Positions 29,716 through 40,379 of a DNA stretch of 41,085 bases are shown piece by piece; the first letter of the stretch is position 1; each line of letters starts with the position of its first letter. A program made the position numbers and the translations under genes. The notes under the pieces were generated by a model. That model was given only the letters and a program-made list of their open reading frames with translations, did no database searches and was not told where the DNA came from. The stretch is from contig RFNJ01000096.1 in NCBI GenBank assembly GCA_009927255.1, positions 1 to 41,085 on the forward strand, in the 5' to 3' direction. This stretch comes from Pseudomonadota bacterium. Its GTDB lineage: Bacteria; Pseudomonadota; Alphaproteobacteria; UBA2136; UBA6156.

Positions 29716-30693
29716 ATGCGCACCGCCAGCCTCCTCTCCCTCGTCATCCCCATGCACAACGAAGCCGAGAGCCTGGGGCAGCTGTTTACCCGCCTGGCAA
29801 CGGTGCTGGAACCTCTCAAAATCCCCTACGAAATTGTCTGTGTGGATGACGGCAGCCGCGACGGCACGTGGGATACGCTGAGCCTGCTGCGCCGCACCTA
29901 CCCACAACTGCACCTGATTCGGCTTTCGCGTAATTTTGGTAAGGAAGCCGCGCTGACTGCTGGCCTTGCCCACGCCGAGGGCGATGTGGTGATACCGCTG
30001 GATGCCGACCTGCAAGACCCCCCCGAACTCATCCCCGAGCTGTTGCAAAAGTGGAGCGAAGGCGCCGATGTGGTGCTGGCGGTGCGCAAATCAAGGCCGC
30101 AGGATACTTGGCTGAAGCGCCATAGTGCCGAAGCCTTCTACCACCTGTTTAACAAGCTCAGCCCCACCAAAATCCACCCCAATGCTGGCGATTTCCGCGC
30201 GATGGACAAAGCCGTAGTGCAAACCCTTAGCAACCTGCCTGAAACCGTGCGATTTATGAAGGGCTTGTATGGCTGGGCGGGCTACCCCACTGCGCAAGTA
30301 GAATACGTGCGGCCTGAACGTGCTGCCGGCACCACCAAATTCAACTACTGGAAGCTATGGAATTTCGCGCTCGATGGCATCTTCAGCTTCAGCACCACCC
30401 CGCTGCGGGTGTGGATGTATGTGGGTCTCACCACCGCCTTTTTAGCACTGGCCTACGGCAGCTGGCTGCTGTTACGCACACTGGTGTGGGGAATAGACCT
30501 GCCCGGCTATGCGTCCCTGATGGTCAGCGTGCTGTTTATGGGCGGCTTGCAGCTGTTTACCCTGGGCCTGATGGCCGAATATTTGGGGCGAATTTTCCAA
30601 GAAGTGAAGCGCCGCCCGCCGTATGTCATCGCCCAGCAGCAAGTGGCCAAAACCACACCATCTCACAAAATTTCTCAAAAGCCACAGCGTTAA
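29716..30693 (+). CDS. GT2 polyprenol-phosphate glycosyltransferase (GtrB-like)
   Basis: SLVIPMHNE, VDDGSRD, LSRNFGKEAA, DADLQDPP, GDFR, two C-terminal TMs, EVKRRP. Confidence 0.92.
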   Translation: MRTASLLSLVIPMHNEAESLGQLFTRLATVLEPLKIPYEIVCVDDGSRDGTWDTLSLLRRTYPQLHLIRLSRNFGKEAALTAGLAHAEGDVVIPLDADLQDPPELIPELLQKWSEGADVVLAVRKSRPQDTWLKRHSAEAFYHLFNKLSPTKIHPNAGDFRAMDKAVVQTLSNLPETVRFMKGLYGWAGYPTAQVEYVRPERAAGTTKFNYWKLWNFALDGIFSFSTTPLRVWMYVGLTTAFLALAYGSWLLLRTLVWGIDLPGYASLMVSVLFMGGLQLFTLGLMAEYLGRIFQEVKRRPPYVIAQQQVAKTTPSHKISQKPQR

Positions 30694-30782
30694 CGTTTTC
30701 TTGTTGCTAGACTAACCATAGGGGGTTGACTCCTCCACCATCCCATTCATCATACCATCAATAATATAAAAGGTTTAAACCT

Positions 30783-32270
30783 ATGCCACACCTTACCAAT
30801 GCTCATAAGTTCTTTATTGTTGTCGCCCTGGTTGCCATTTGCACCGGCGCTATGCTTTATAAGCTGATTAGCCTAACTACCATCAGCAGCAATGCCAGCA
30901 GCCAGCTGAAGGAAATTGCCCTCATCACCCAGCGCCACATGGAAAGTGACATGATGCACGATGCGATTCGTGGCGACGTGCTGGCCGCAATTATGGTTAC
31001 CAAAGCGCCCGAAATGGTGGATGCCGCGCAGGTGGAGGCTGACTATAACGAGCACATTGCTAACTTTAAGGAAAATGCCAACAACAACTTTAACTCTCCC
31101 GCACTTTCGCCAGAAATTCGTGAAAAATATACTGCGCTGATGGCCGATATTACTGCCTACGGCCAAAGTGCCGAAGCCACTATTGGCATGGCCAAAGCGG
31201 GCCAGAACATCACCAAGGCCGATTGGGACACCTTCATGCAAGCCTTCTCCATGCTGGAAGAATCGATGGGCGCAATGTCCGATAGCATCGGCGTGTGGGC
31301 CACCAACACCGAAACCCATATTAACCAACAGCTGGATGCCGCTGCCCGCATTGCCACATTGCTTGCGATGATGTCGCTGCTGATGACCGCCGCTCTGCCC
31401 ATCTTGGTGTTCCGCCAAGTCTTCCGCCCGCAGGCAAGGGTGCTTAAGCTGTTTGAAAGCGAAATTCTCACCGCCGTAACCAAGTTTGATGACAGCGCCA
31501 CCAATGTGAGTAGAATGGCCGACAACCTCACCCATAAAATCAACACCTCATCGCAAAACGCCACCACCGTGGCCACCGCCGCGCAAAATACCTCACAAAA
31601 CAGCAATACTGTTGCCGCGGCAGCCGAAGAGATTCAATCCTCCCTCACCGGCGTTGCCAGCCAAGTGAACCAAGCCAATCAGGTGGTGAACGAAGCGGTG
31701 GGAGAGCTGGAACGCGCCAAAGCCATCTCCAACCGCCTGAACGAAGCCACCACGCATGTGAAGCAAATCATCGGCCTGATTGGCGAAGTTGCCAGTAAAA
31801 TTAACCTGTTGTCACTCAACGCCAGCATTGAAGCCGCCCGCGCGGGCGATGCCGGTAAAGGCTTTGCCGTGGTGGCGCAAGAAGTTAAATCGCTGGCGGG
31901 CCAAACCCAATCCTCATCGCAAGAAATTATCAAGCAAATCAATGAAGTTTCAGCTGTTTCAGAAGAGGTGGTCGGCGTGATCGATTTCTTCCAAAAATCC
32001 ATCACCTCCATCCAGCAAAACATGGTCACTATCAACGGCGCGGTTTCTGAACAAGAAATCGCCACCAAGCAAATTACGCAGGAAATCTTTGAAAACGCCA
32101 ACCGTAACAAAGAAATCCTCAGCGTGTCAGATGTCATTCTCAACAGCACCCAAACCGCCCTCACCGAATCCGGCACGGTGAAAGATGTTGCCGAAAGCGT
32201 TGCCGTCAGCGCCCGCACCATGACAGGCCAGCTGCAAAGCGCCATCCGCACGATGCGCCTTAGCATGTAG
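30783..32270 (+). CDS. Methyl-accepting chemotaxis protein
   Basis: TM, helical sensor domain ([11 protein letters not shown]), TM, then [33 protein letters not shown]. Confidence 0.93.
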   Translation: MPHLTNAHKFFIVVALVAICTGAMLYKLISLTTISSNASSQLKEIALITQRHMESDMMHDAIRGDVLAAIMVTKAPEMVDAAQVEADYNEHIANFKENANNNFNSPALSPEIREKYTALMADITAYGQSAEATIGMAKAGQNITKADWDTFMQAFSMLEESMGAMSDSIGVWATNTETHINQQLDAAARIATLLAMMSLLMTAALPILVFRQVFRPQARVLKLFESEILTAVTKFDDSATNVSRMADNLTHKINTSSQNATTVATAAQNTSQNSNTVAAAAEEIQSSLTGVASQVNQANQVVNEAVGELERAKAISNRLNEATTHVKQIIGLIGEVASKINLLSLNASIEAARAGDAGKGFAVVAQEVKSLAGQTQSSSQEIIKQINEVSAVSEEVVGVIDFFQKSITSIQQNMVTINGAVSEQEIATKQITQEIFENANRNKEILSVSDVILNSTQTALTESGTVKDVAESVAVSARTMTGQLQSAIRTMRLSM

Positions 32271-32399
32271 CACGCTCGGCCCCCTCCATCATCACACCAC
32301 CCGCCCGCCAAAGCAGCACTTTTTAGCCAACTTTGTGCGCAAAACCCATCGCCAAAAGCCCCATATGCGCCTAAAGTTGCCTCGTCATTTAGGCCGTAA

Positions 32400-33368
<969 letters not shown>

Positions 33369-33372
33369 ATCA

Positions 33373-34536
33373 ATGAACATCCACGAATACCAAGCCAAAG
33401 ACCTCTTCCGTAAGTTCGGCGTTGCGGTGCCCGAAGGCATGCTTGCCAAAACCGGCGCCGAAGCCGAAGCCGCCGCTAAAAAAATTGGCACGGCAATTAC
33501 CATTGTCAAGGCCCAAGTCCACGCCGGTGGCCGCGGCAAAGCGGGCGGCGTTAAGGTGTGCAAAAGCCCCGCCGATGCCAAAGCTGCTGCCGAAAAACTG
33601 CTCGGCACCCGCCTCGTCACCTACCAAACCGATGCCAAAGGCCAACCCGTCAACAGCGTGTATGTGGAAAGCGGCATCGACATCGCCCGCGAACTCTATC
33701 TTGCCATCATGCTGGATCGTTCCGCTGGACGCTTAACTGTGATGGCTAGCACCGAAGGCGGCATGGAGATTGAAAAGGTGGCGCACGAAACCCCCGAAAA
33801 GATTTTCCGCGAACAAATCGACCCCGCCTTGGGCCTGATGCCCTACCAAGCCCGCAACCTCGCCTTTGCGCTGGGCTTGAAGGGCGATGAAGTCACCAAC
33901 GGTGTCAAGTTCATGCTGAATTTGGCCAAAGCCTATGAACAACTCGACTGCGCGATGATCGAAATCAACCCCCTGGTCGTCACCAAACAAGGCCAAGTGA
34001 TGGCGCTGGACGGCAAAGTCAGCTTCGATGACAACGCCCTGTTCAAGCACCCCGAACTGCTGGAACTGGACGACACCACCCAGCACGACCCCCGCGAAAC
34101 CGAAGCCCGTAAGTACGACCTCAACTACGTGGGGCTGGATGGCGAAATCGGCTGCATGGTGAACGGCGCAGGCCTCGCCATGGCCACCATGGATATCATC
34201 AAGCACAGCGGCAGCGCCCCCGCCAACTTCCTCGATGTCGGGGGCGGGGCCGACGAAGCCAAAGTCACCGCCGCGCTGAAAATCATTTTGGGCGATACCC
34301 AAGTCAAAGGCATCCTCATCAACATTTTCGGCGGCATCATGAAGTGCGACATCATCGCCAACGGGATTGTAGCAGCCGCCAAAGCGGTCAAGCTGCACGT
34401 GCCGCTGGTGGTGCGCTTGGAAGGCACCAATGTGGAACTGGGCAACGACATCCTCGCCAAATCCGGCCTCCCCATCATCACCGCCAACTCCCTGGCCGAC
34501 GCCGCCCACAAAATCGTCAAAGCAATCCGGAAGTAA
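33373..34536 (+). CDS. sucC: Succinyl-CoA synthetase beta subunit
   Basis: [47 protein letters not shown]. Confidence 0.98.
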   Translation: MNIHEYQAKDLFRKFGVAVPEGMLAKTGAEAEAAAKKIGTAITIVKAQVHAGGRGKAGGVKVCKSPADAKAAAEKLLGTRLVTYQTDAKGQPVNSVYVESGIDIARELYLAIMLDRSAGRLTVMASTEGGMEIEKVAHETPEKIFREQIDPALGLMPYQARNLAFALGLKGDEVTNGVKFMLNLAKAYEQLDCAMIEINPLVVTKQGQVMALDGKVSFDDNALFKHPELLELDDTTQHDPRETEARKYDLNYVGLDGEIGCMVNGAGLAMATMDIIKHSGSAPANFLDVGGGADEAKVTAALKIILGDTQVKGILINIFGGIMKCDIIANGIVAAAKAVKLHVPLVVRLEGTNVELGNDILAKSGLPIITANSLADAAHKIVKAIRK

Positions 34537-34539
34537 ACT

Positions 34540-34911
34540 ATGAAAAAATCTTTTGTATTTTTCCTAATTTCTTTACCTTCTTTATTATTTGCAAATTCTA
34601 ATTCAGATAGTAAGTATTTTGCTGATATGGGAGATAAATTTCTAATTTGTTCTACTTTTTATAAAATAGGATCTGGATGTGTAAGCGATACTCATCCTGA
34701 TATAAGTGATGTTTTGGATAATTCTTCAGAATTATATCTTGGTTCAGCAGTCAATTTTTATAAAAAAACTAATACTGATGTTGATGCAATTGCAGCTAAA
34801 TATGATCTGATGAGGAAATCTTTACTAAATGAAATGAAAAATCATTGTCAAAATATCTCAATATTAACTTTAAAATACGGTCAAAATTGTAAAAATCTAA
34901 TCGATAAATAA
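34540..34911 (+). CDS. Very AT-rich hypothetical secreted protein (123 aa) inserted between sucC and sucD
   Basis: Intact ORF in AT-rich DNA, where stops would be frequent by chance; signal peptide [18 protein letters not shown]; four Cys. Confidence 0.7.
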   Translation: MKKSFVFFLISLPSLLFANSNSDSKYFADMGDKFLICSTFYKIGSGCVSDTHPDISDVLDNSSELYLGSAVNFYKKTNTDVDAIAAKYDLMRKSLLNEMKNHCQNISILTLKYGQNCKNLIDK

Positions 34912-34943
34912 TTAAAATTAATAAACTTAAGAAAGACCTCCCT

Positions 34944-35834
34944 ATGTCCATCTTCATCACCCCCGAAACCAAAGTCATCACCCAAGGTATCACCGGTAAA
35001 AACGGCACGTTCCATACCGAGCAAGGGCTGAAATACGGCACCAAATACGTCGGCGGCGTCACCCCCGGCAAAGGCGGCACCACCCACTTGGGCCTGCCGG
35101 TGTTTAATACCGTAAAAGAAGCGGTGGAAAAAACCGGCGCCGAAGCCAGCGTCATCTACGTCCCACCACCCTTCGCAGCCGATAGTATTCTGGAAGCCGC
35201 CGATGCAGGTATTCGCCTCTGCGTCTGCATCACCGAAGGCATTCCCGTGCTGGATATGGTCAAGGTCAAGCGCCGCCTGCTCGACCCCAAAAACACCATG
35301 CGCCTGGTCGGCCCCAACTGCCCTGGCGTCATCACTCCGGGGGAAAACGGCACCGGCTGCAAAATCGGCATCATGCCCGCCCACATTCACCGCAAAGGCA
35401 CCATTGGGATTGTCAGCAAATCGGGGACTCTCACCTACGAAGCAGTGAAACAAACCACCGATGTTGGCCTCGGCCAAAGCACCTGCGTGGGGATTGGTGG
35501 TGACCCTGTGCATGGTACAAATTTTATTAGTGTTCTGAGTGCTTTTGAGGCTGATCCGCAGACAGAAGCTATTGTTATGATTGGAGAAATTGGTGGGATG
35601 GCGGAGATTGAGGCTGCTGATTACATTAAGTCCGCCATCACCAAGCCGGTGGTGGGTTTTATTGCTGGCGCCACTGCGCCCAAAGGCAAACGGATGGGAC
35701 ATGCTGGGGCGATTATTAGTGGTGGCGACGACACCGCCGAAGCCAAAATCCGCGCTCTTCAGCAAGCTGGGGTGGTGATGGTGAACAGCCCTTCCGAGTT
35801 GGGGCAGACAATGAAGAAGCTGCTGAGGAAATAG
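34944..35834 (+). CDS. sucD: Succinyl-CoA synthetase alpha subunit
   Basis: [35 protein letters not shown] (phospho-His). Confidence 0.98.
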   Translation: MSIFITPETKVITQGITGKNGTFHTEQGLKYGTKYVGGVTPGKGGTTHLGLPVFNTVKEAVEKTGAEASVIYVPPPFAADSILEAADAGIRLCVCITEGIPVLDMVKVKRRLLDPKNTMRLVGPNCPGVITPGENGTGCKIGIMPAHIHRKGTIGIVSKSGTLTYEAVKQTTDVGLGQSTCVGIGGDPVHGTNFISVLSAFEADPQTEAIVMIGEIGGMAEIEAADYIKSAITKPVVGFIAGATAPKGKRMGHAGAIISGGDDTAEAKIRALQQAGVVMVNSPSELGQTMKKLLRK

Positions 35835-35846
35835 CGAGATGTAGAT

Positions 35847-35877
35847 AAAAACGGCCCCTGTATGGGGCCTGTTTTTT
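35847..35877. terminator. Bidirectional terminator between sucD and the histidine kinase
   Basis: AAAAAC-GGCCCC-tgtat-GGGGCC-TGTTTTTT. Confidence 0.75.
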
Positions 35878-37288
35878 AGCCGCGTCGGAATTCTAGTTCA
35901 AACACACTACCGCCACCATTACGGCTGGTTACGGTGGCGTTGCCGCCGTGCTGGCGCATAATTTCAGCCACAAGCGCGAGGCCCAAACCAGAGCCGGTAC
36001 CTGCGCCGCTTTTGCTAGGTTCTCCCGCTGGACCTTGCCAGAAACGGTTGAACACCAAGCCTTGTTCATGCGGCGGAATACCTGCGCCACGATCGCGCAC
36101 TTCAATGCTGCCGACTTTGGTGACGACCACTTCCACAATGCTATCTTTGGGGCTGTGGCGAATGGCGTTATCCACTAAATTTACGATTGCTTCGCCCACT
36201 TGCAGTTCATCGAGCCATACATTCACTGCGCGGTCGGGGGCGTCAAAGCGCAGTTCTATCCGCTGCTTGCGGGCCAATGGCACCATGCTGCCGACCACTT
36301 CACGCACCACGGGAGTTAAGTCGGTTACTTTCAGCGTTGCGCTGTTTTGGCTTAGCACTGCGAAATGCAGCAGCTGGCGGACGAGCCGATCCATCCGGTG
36401 GACATCGCGCAATACATCGGCCTTGCCTTTAAAATCGGCCAGTTGTTCAAGGCGCGCTTGCATGACGGCTAGCGGGGTTTTGAGCTGGTGGGCAGTGTCG
36501 GCAGTGAGGGCTTGCTGGGCACTAAGACTGCGCCCGAGTTCCACCAACACATCATTAAAAGCATTTACGACGGGGCGGATTTCGCGCGGGATATTGCGCC
36601 CTTCAATGCGTGCGACGCCATCCATACGGAGTTTACTACCTACCGCTGCAACCTCACGCGAGAGGGCGCGCAGTGGCCCCAGTGCGCTGCGGGTTAGCCC
36701 CGTGACAGCCAACACCGCTAGCAGGAACAGCGGGCCAATCAGCAGCAGCAAGTCGCGCATCAGGGCGACGCGGGCGGCGTTCATCAGTACGTCGTCAATC
36801 GTGCGGTATTGGCCGACCACTACAAAAATTTTGTTATTACGGGGGGTATCCACCGGCTGCACCAACATATAGAGCGCCCGCTCGGCGCCATCGCGCTCAC
36901 GGGTATCTAGCATGGTGGCCACGGCAGGATACAGCGCCATGCTGGGGGAAAGCCATGTGGAGGCCATGGGGTTGCTTTCGGCCAGCACTTTGCCTTTGTC
37001 GTCATACACCGAATAAACATAGCCGCTATCTCGCCGGAAATAGGCTGCTGCGACATCGTTGGGTAGTTCGACGCGCACGCCGCCGCCTCTAAACACCAAG
37101 CCCGCTAACAGTTCGGCGCTTTGGCGGCGTAGCAATTCGTCTTGGGCGCGGTCGCCGGCTTGCTCGAGCGTGCGGTCAACCACCCAAATTACTCCGCCCA
37201 ACACTAACAGCAAAATAAGCACCAAGCGCAGCACCAACCCTAGCAGGAGGGAGTCGGTGAGCCGTCCGCTTACATGCTTGAGCGCCAT
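35876..37288 (-). CDS. Sensor histidine kinase (QseC/TctE-like)
   Basis: Two TMs, HAMP, H-box DTAHQLKTPLA, NLVDNAIRH, DRGAGIP, FNRF, GSGLGLA. Confidence 0.93.
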   Translation of the reverse strand: MALKHVSGRLTDSLLLGLVLRLVLILLLVLGGVIWVVDRTLEQAGDRAQDELLRRQSAELLAGLVFRGGGVRVELPNDVAAAYFRRDSGYVYSVYDDKGKVLAESNPMASTWLSPSMALYPAVATMLDTRERDGAERALYMLVQPVDTPRNNKIFVVVGQYRTIDDVLMNAARVALMRDLLLLIGPLFLLAVLAVTGLTRSALGPLRALSREVAAVGSKLRMDGVARIEGRNIPREIRPVVNAFNDVLVELGRSLSAQQALTADTAHQLKTPLAVMQARLEQLADFKGKADVLRDVHRMDRLVRQLLHFAVLSQNSATLKVTDLTPVVREVVGSMVPLARKQRIELRFDAPDRAVNVWLDELQVGEAIVNLVDNAIRHSPKDSIVEVVVTKVGSIEVRDRGAGIPPHEQGLVFNRFWQGPAGEPSKSGAGTGSGLGLALVAEIMRQHGGNATVTSRNGGGSVFELEFRRG

Positions 37289-37959
37289 TATTTTTGCTCC
37301 TCTAGCAGGTAGCCAATACCGCGGATGGTTACCAACGCCACATTCGCCTTGGCCCCCACCAGCAGCTTGCGCAGGCGGTGGACTGCGACTTCTAGCGCAT
37401 TGCGGCTTTCGGGCTTGCTCTCCCCATAAAGCGCCTGCTCCAGCACATCTTTGCCCACCACCTGCCCTGCGCGTTGCAGCAGGTGCCGCAGCAGCACCAC
37501 TTCACGCTTACCAAAGGCTGCGGTTTTACCGGCCACCATCACCGTTTCGTGCAGCGTATCCAGCTTCACATTACCTGCTTCTAAAATCATTCCTGCTGGC
37601 CCGCTGCTGCGCCGTAGCAGGGCTTTCACCCGCGCCAAAAGCTCAAACAAACTAAACGGCTTGGGCAAATAATCATCCGCCCCCGCTTCCAGCCCAATCA
37701 CCCGCTCTTTCGGCAAGCCCAAGGCAGTCAGCATCAAAATCGGCACACCATTGCCCGCCGCCCGCAGTTCACGCACCAAATCTAAGCCGTCGCCGTCAGG
37801 CAGCCGACGGTCCGAAATCACCGCATCAAACGGCATTTTCAATAGCTCACGCGCCTCGCGCAACGTGCCCGCCACACTGGCGGCAAAGCCGTGCTGGCGC
37901 AGGGTTTGTTCAATAAACCCCGCCAAGCTCTTCTCATCTTCAATCACTAAAATACGCAT
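37288..37959 (-). CDS. OmpR/PhoB family response regulator
   Basis: MRILVIEDE, DRRLPDGDG, GADDYLPKPF, winged helix LEVAVHRLRKLL..TIRGIGY; TAATG coupling to the kinase. Confidence 0.95.
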   Translation of the reverse strand: MRILVIEDEKSLAGFIEQTLRQHGFAASVAGTLREARELLKMPFDAVISDRRLPDGDGLDLVRELRAAGNGVPILMLTALGLPKERVIGLEAGADDYLPKPFSLFELLARVKALLRRSSGPAGMILEAGNVKLDTLHETVMVAGKTAAFGKREVVLLRHLLQRAGQVVGKDVLEQALYGESKPESRNALEVAVHRLRKLLVGAKANVALVTIRGIGYLLEEQK

Positions 37960-38028
37960 AACTTTCAATCTCCTATCCCCAACCTAGCGCGCAATCCTTC
38001 AACCTGCAAGCCACAAAGAGTCACCGCA

Positions 38029-38045
38029 CTTACATCATGCTTACA
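38029..38045 (+). promoter_or_regulatory. Putative OmpR-family binding box
   Basis: CTTACA-tcatg-CTTACA direct repeat with 11-bp period between the response regulator and the divergent small gene. Confidence 0.55.
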
Positions 38046-38138
38046 ACTCCACCATCGCATCTTCCCAAGCACCCCAAAGCCACCTAGCATCCACTCCGTC
38101 CACCTGTGTGGAATTAACCAAAAAAGGAATCAAACCCC

Positions 38139-38360
38139 ATGAAAAATCTCGTTCTTGCTGCTGCCTTGGCCATCGTTGCCGCTCCAGCTTTTGCTGCCGA
38201 CCACGGCGACCACGCTGGCAAAATGGATAAAATGATGGACAAAGTTACTGCCGAAGTGGTGAGCGAAACCACGGCTGCTGTTTCTGCCACCGAAGCTGCT
38301 GTAGCGACTGAAGCCAAAGAAATGAAGCACGAAATGAAGAAAGAGCACAAAGCTCATTAA
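38139..38360 (+). CDS. Small exported His/Met-rich protein (73 aa)
   Basis: Signal peptide ending APAFA; DHGDHAGKMDKMMDK...KEMKHEMKKEHKAH; AAGGA SD; own terminator. Confidence 0.8.
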   Translation: MKNLVLAAALAIVAAPAFAADHGDHAGKMDKMMDKVTAEVVSETTAAVSATEAAVATEAKEMKHEMKKEHKAH

Positions 38361-38393
38361 CCATTTTGTTGCCGGTTCATGGCAAAAATGAGC

Positions 38394-38416
38394 AAGCGGC
38401 CTACGGGCCGCTTTTT
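38394..38416 (+). terminator. Intrinsic terminator
   Basis: AAGCGGCC-TACG-GGCCGCTT followed by TTT (UNCG loop). Confidence 0.85.
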
Positions 38417-38419
38417 GAT

Positions 38420-38869
38420 TTAGCTACGCAGCGATTGGAAGAAAGTTTGGAGTTGTTGACGGCAGGCTTGTTCTTCTATTCCGCCGAGGATTTTGGGTTT
38501 GTGGTGCATGTGTTGGGGGACTTGGGGGCCGTTGGTGGTGCCGCCGGATTTGGCGTCATACGCGCCGAAAATGATGGTGCCGATGCGGGCGTGGCAGAGG
38601 GCGGCGGCGCACATGGGGCAGGGTTCTAGCGTGACCGCAATGGTGCATTCTTGGAGGTATTTGTGGCCTTGGGCGGCGGCTTGCTGCAGCACCAGCATTT
38701 CGGCGTGAGCGAGCGGATTTTGCTGGGTTTCGACTAAATTATGGGCTTGGGCGATGACTTCACCTTGGGCGTTGACGAGGATAGCGGCAACTGGAAGCTC
38801 ATGCTTACTGGCCCCTTGCTGGGCGAGGGCGAGGGCTTGGTTTATCAGGGTGGTGGGGTTGAGGGCCAT
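38420..38869 (-). CDS. tadA: tRNA adenosine(34) deaminase-like nucleoside deaminase
   Basis: ELPVAA, AHNLVE, AHAEM, VTLEPCPMC, FGAYDAKSG. Confidence 0.88.
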   Translation of the reverse strand: MALNPTTLINQALALAQQGASKHELPVAAILVNAQGEVIAQAHNLVETQQNPLAHAEMLVLQQAAAQGHKYLQECTIAVTLEPCPMCAAALCHARIGTIIFGAYDAKSGGTTNGPQVPQHMHHKPKILGGIEEQACRQQLQTFFQSLRS

Positions 38870-38893
38870 GCCAAGCTGATATAGGGTGTTTGG

Positions 38894-39598
38894 ATGCGAC
38901 CGACAATAGGCATTATGATGGATTGGCTGGGGCAAGGCAGCTATAGCCCGCGGCCGCATTATGTGATGCGTGATAGTTATTTTGCTGCTGTGTGGGATGC
39001 GGGGGGGCTACCAGTGGGCATTCCGCTGCTGGAAGATGCTGGTGATGATTACCTTGCCCGCGTGCAGGGTGTGGTGGTGCCGGGGGGGGATTATCCCAGC
39101 CCTAGCCGGTGGTATGGGGATGGGCATGGGATTTTGGATGAACACCCAAGAACTATTGTAAATGAGCGCTTAATTAGGGACCTTTTGGGGCGGGATATTC
39201 CATTTTTGGCAATTTGCGCGGGGCACCAGGAATTGGCGGCGGCGACGGGTGGTTTGCTGTATTGGCGGGTGCGTGAGAGTTTGGCCAATGTGGCGGAGCA
39301 TCGGAGTGGAGACCCAAGCAAAACCTGCCATTCGGTGCAGGTGGAGGCGGGGAGTTTGTTGCATAAATTGGTGGGGGTTGGCGAGATTGAGGTGAACAGC
39401 CACCACCATGAAGCTGTGCGTAGTGTGAGCGGTGGTGTGGTGGTAAGTGGACGGGCGCCCGATGGGGTGATTGAGGCGATTGAGGTGCCCGGGCGGCGGT
39501 TTGCGCTGGGGGTGCAGTGGCACCCAGAGTTTGGTTTGACTGAGGCTGACCATTTGATTTTTAAGGGGTTTGTGGAGGCGGCGGGTGCGGCTGAATAA
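38894..39598 (+). CDS. Class I glutamine amidotransferase, peptidase C26 (PuuD-like)
   Basis: RPTIGI, PGGD, AICAGHQ (nucleophile Cys), VNSHHHEA, GVQWHPE. Confidence 0.9.
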   Translation: MRPTIGIMMDWLGQGSYSPRPHYVMRDSYFAAVWDAGGLPVGIPLLEDAGDDYLARVQGVVVPGGDYPSPSRWYGDGHGILDEHPRTIVNERLIRDLLGRDIPFLAICAGHQELAAATGGLLYWRVRESLANVAEHRSGDPSKTCHSVQVEAGSLLHKLVGVGEIEVNSHHHEAVRSVSGGVVVSGRAPDGVIEAIEVPGRRFALGVQWHPEFGLTEADHLIFKGFVEAAGAAE

Positions 39599-40325
39599 GT
39601 ATTTGCAACAGGCGGGGGTGGGCAGCCGCCGCGAGGCAGAGCGCTTGGTTTTGGCGGGTTTGGTGACGGTGGATGGCAAGTTGGCCGATGTGACGACAGT
39701 GGTGGCGGAAGGGGCGGAGGTGCGGGTGGAGGGGCGAGTGGTGGCGCCAGAACGTGCTGAATTGCCGCGAGTTTTTGCTTATCATAAACCCGTGGGGGTG
39801 ATTGTGACGGCGCGCGACCATGAGGGGCGTAAGACGCTGTATGAGGCGTTGGCGGAGTTACCAAAATATGAGCAATTACCAAGGCTTATGCCGGTGGGGC
39901 GGTTGGATTTGAACAGCGAAGGCTTGCTGCTTTTGACCACCGATGGGATGCTGGCGCAGACGTTGATGAGCCCGAAAACGGCGCTGCGGCGGGTGTATCG
40001 GGTGCGGGTGTTTGGCGAGCTAAGTGCTTCAGAAATAGCGGAATTTAGGCGGGGGGTGACGGTGGAGGGGGTGTGGTACCGGGGTGCAGACGTGGTGCTT
40101 GAAAAGACCGGTGAGAGTGGCAGCAACCGGTGGTATCGGGTGGTGTTGACGGAGGGAAAAAACCGCGAAATACGTCGTATTTTCAAGCACTTTGGCTGCG
40201 AGGTGAACCGCTTGGTGCGTGAGCAGTATGGGCCGTTTGTATTGGGAGATTTGGCGCGTGGGGGATTGCGGGAAATTGAAGTTGATGAAGTTAAGAAGTT
40301 ATTGAAAAGTTTAAATAAAAAATGA
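39585..40325 (+). CDS. rluB: RsuA/RluB family rRNA pseudouridine synthase
   Basis: RLNKYLQQAGVGSRREAE S4 domain, VGRLDLNSEGLLLLT, EGKNREIRR; GTG start with GGAGG SD. Confidence 0.88.
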   Translation: MRLNKYLQQAGVGSRREAERLVLAGLVTVDGKLADVTTVVAEGAEVRVEGRVVAPERAELPRVFAYHKPVGVIVTARDHEGRKTLYEALAELPKYEQLPRLMPVGRLDLNSEGLLLLTTDGMLAQTLMSPKTALRRVYRVRVFGELSASEIAEFRRGVTVEGVWYRGADVVLEKTGESGSNRWYRVVLTEGKNREIRRIFKHFGCEVNRLVREQYGPFVLGDLARGGLREIEVDEVKKLLKSLNKK

Positions 40326-40379
40326 TACATTTTGATTTTTACCCTAAAATGATTTTTTTAATTCAAAACGGGGGTTTTG

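Noticed and set aside
36168-36176. DnaA-box-like TTATCCACT
   Set aside because: A single imperfect site inside the kinase CDS; no cluster and no adjacent unwinding element
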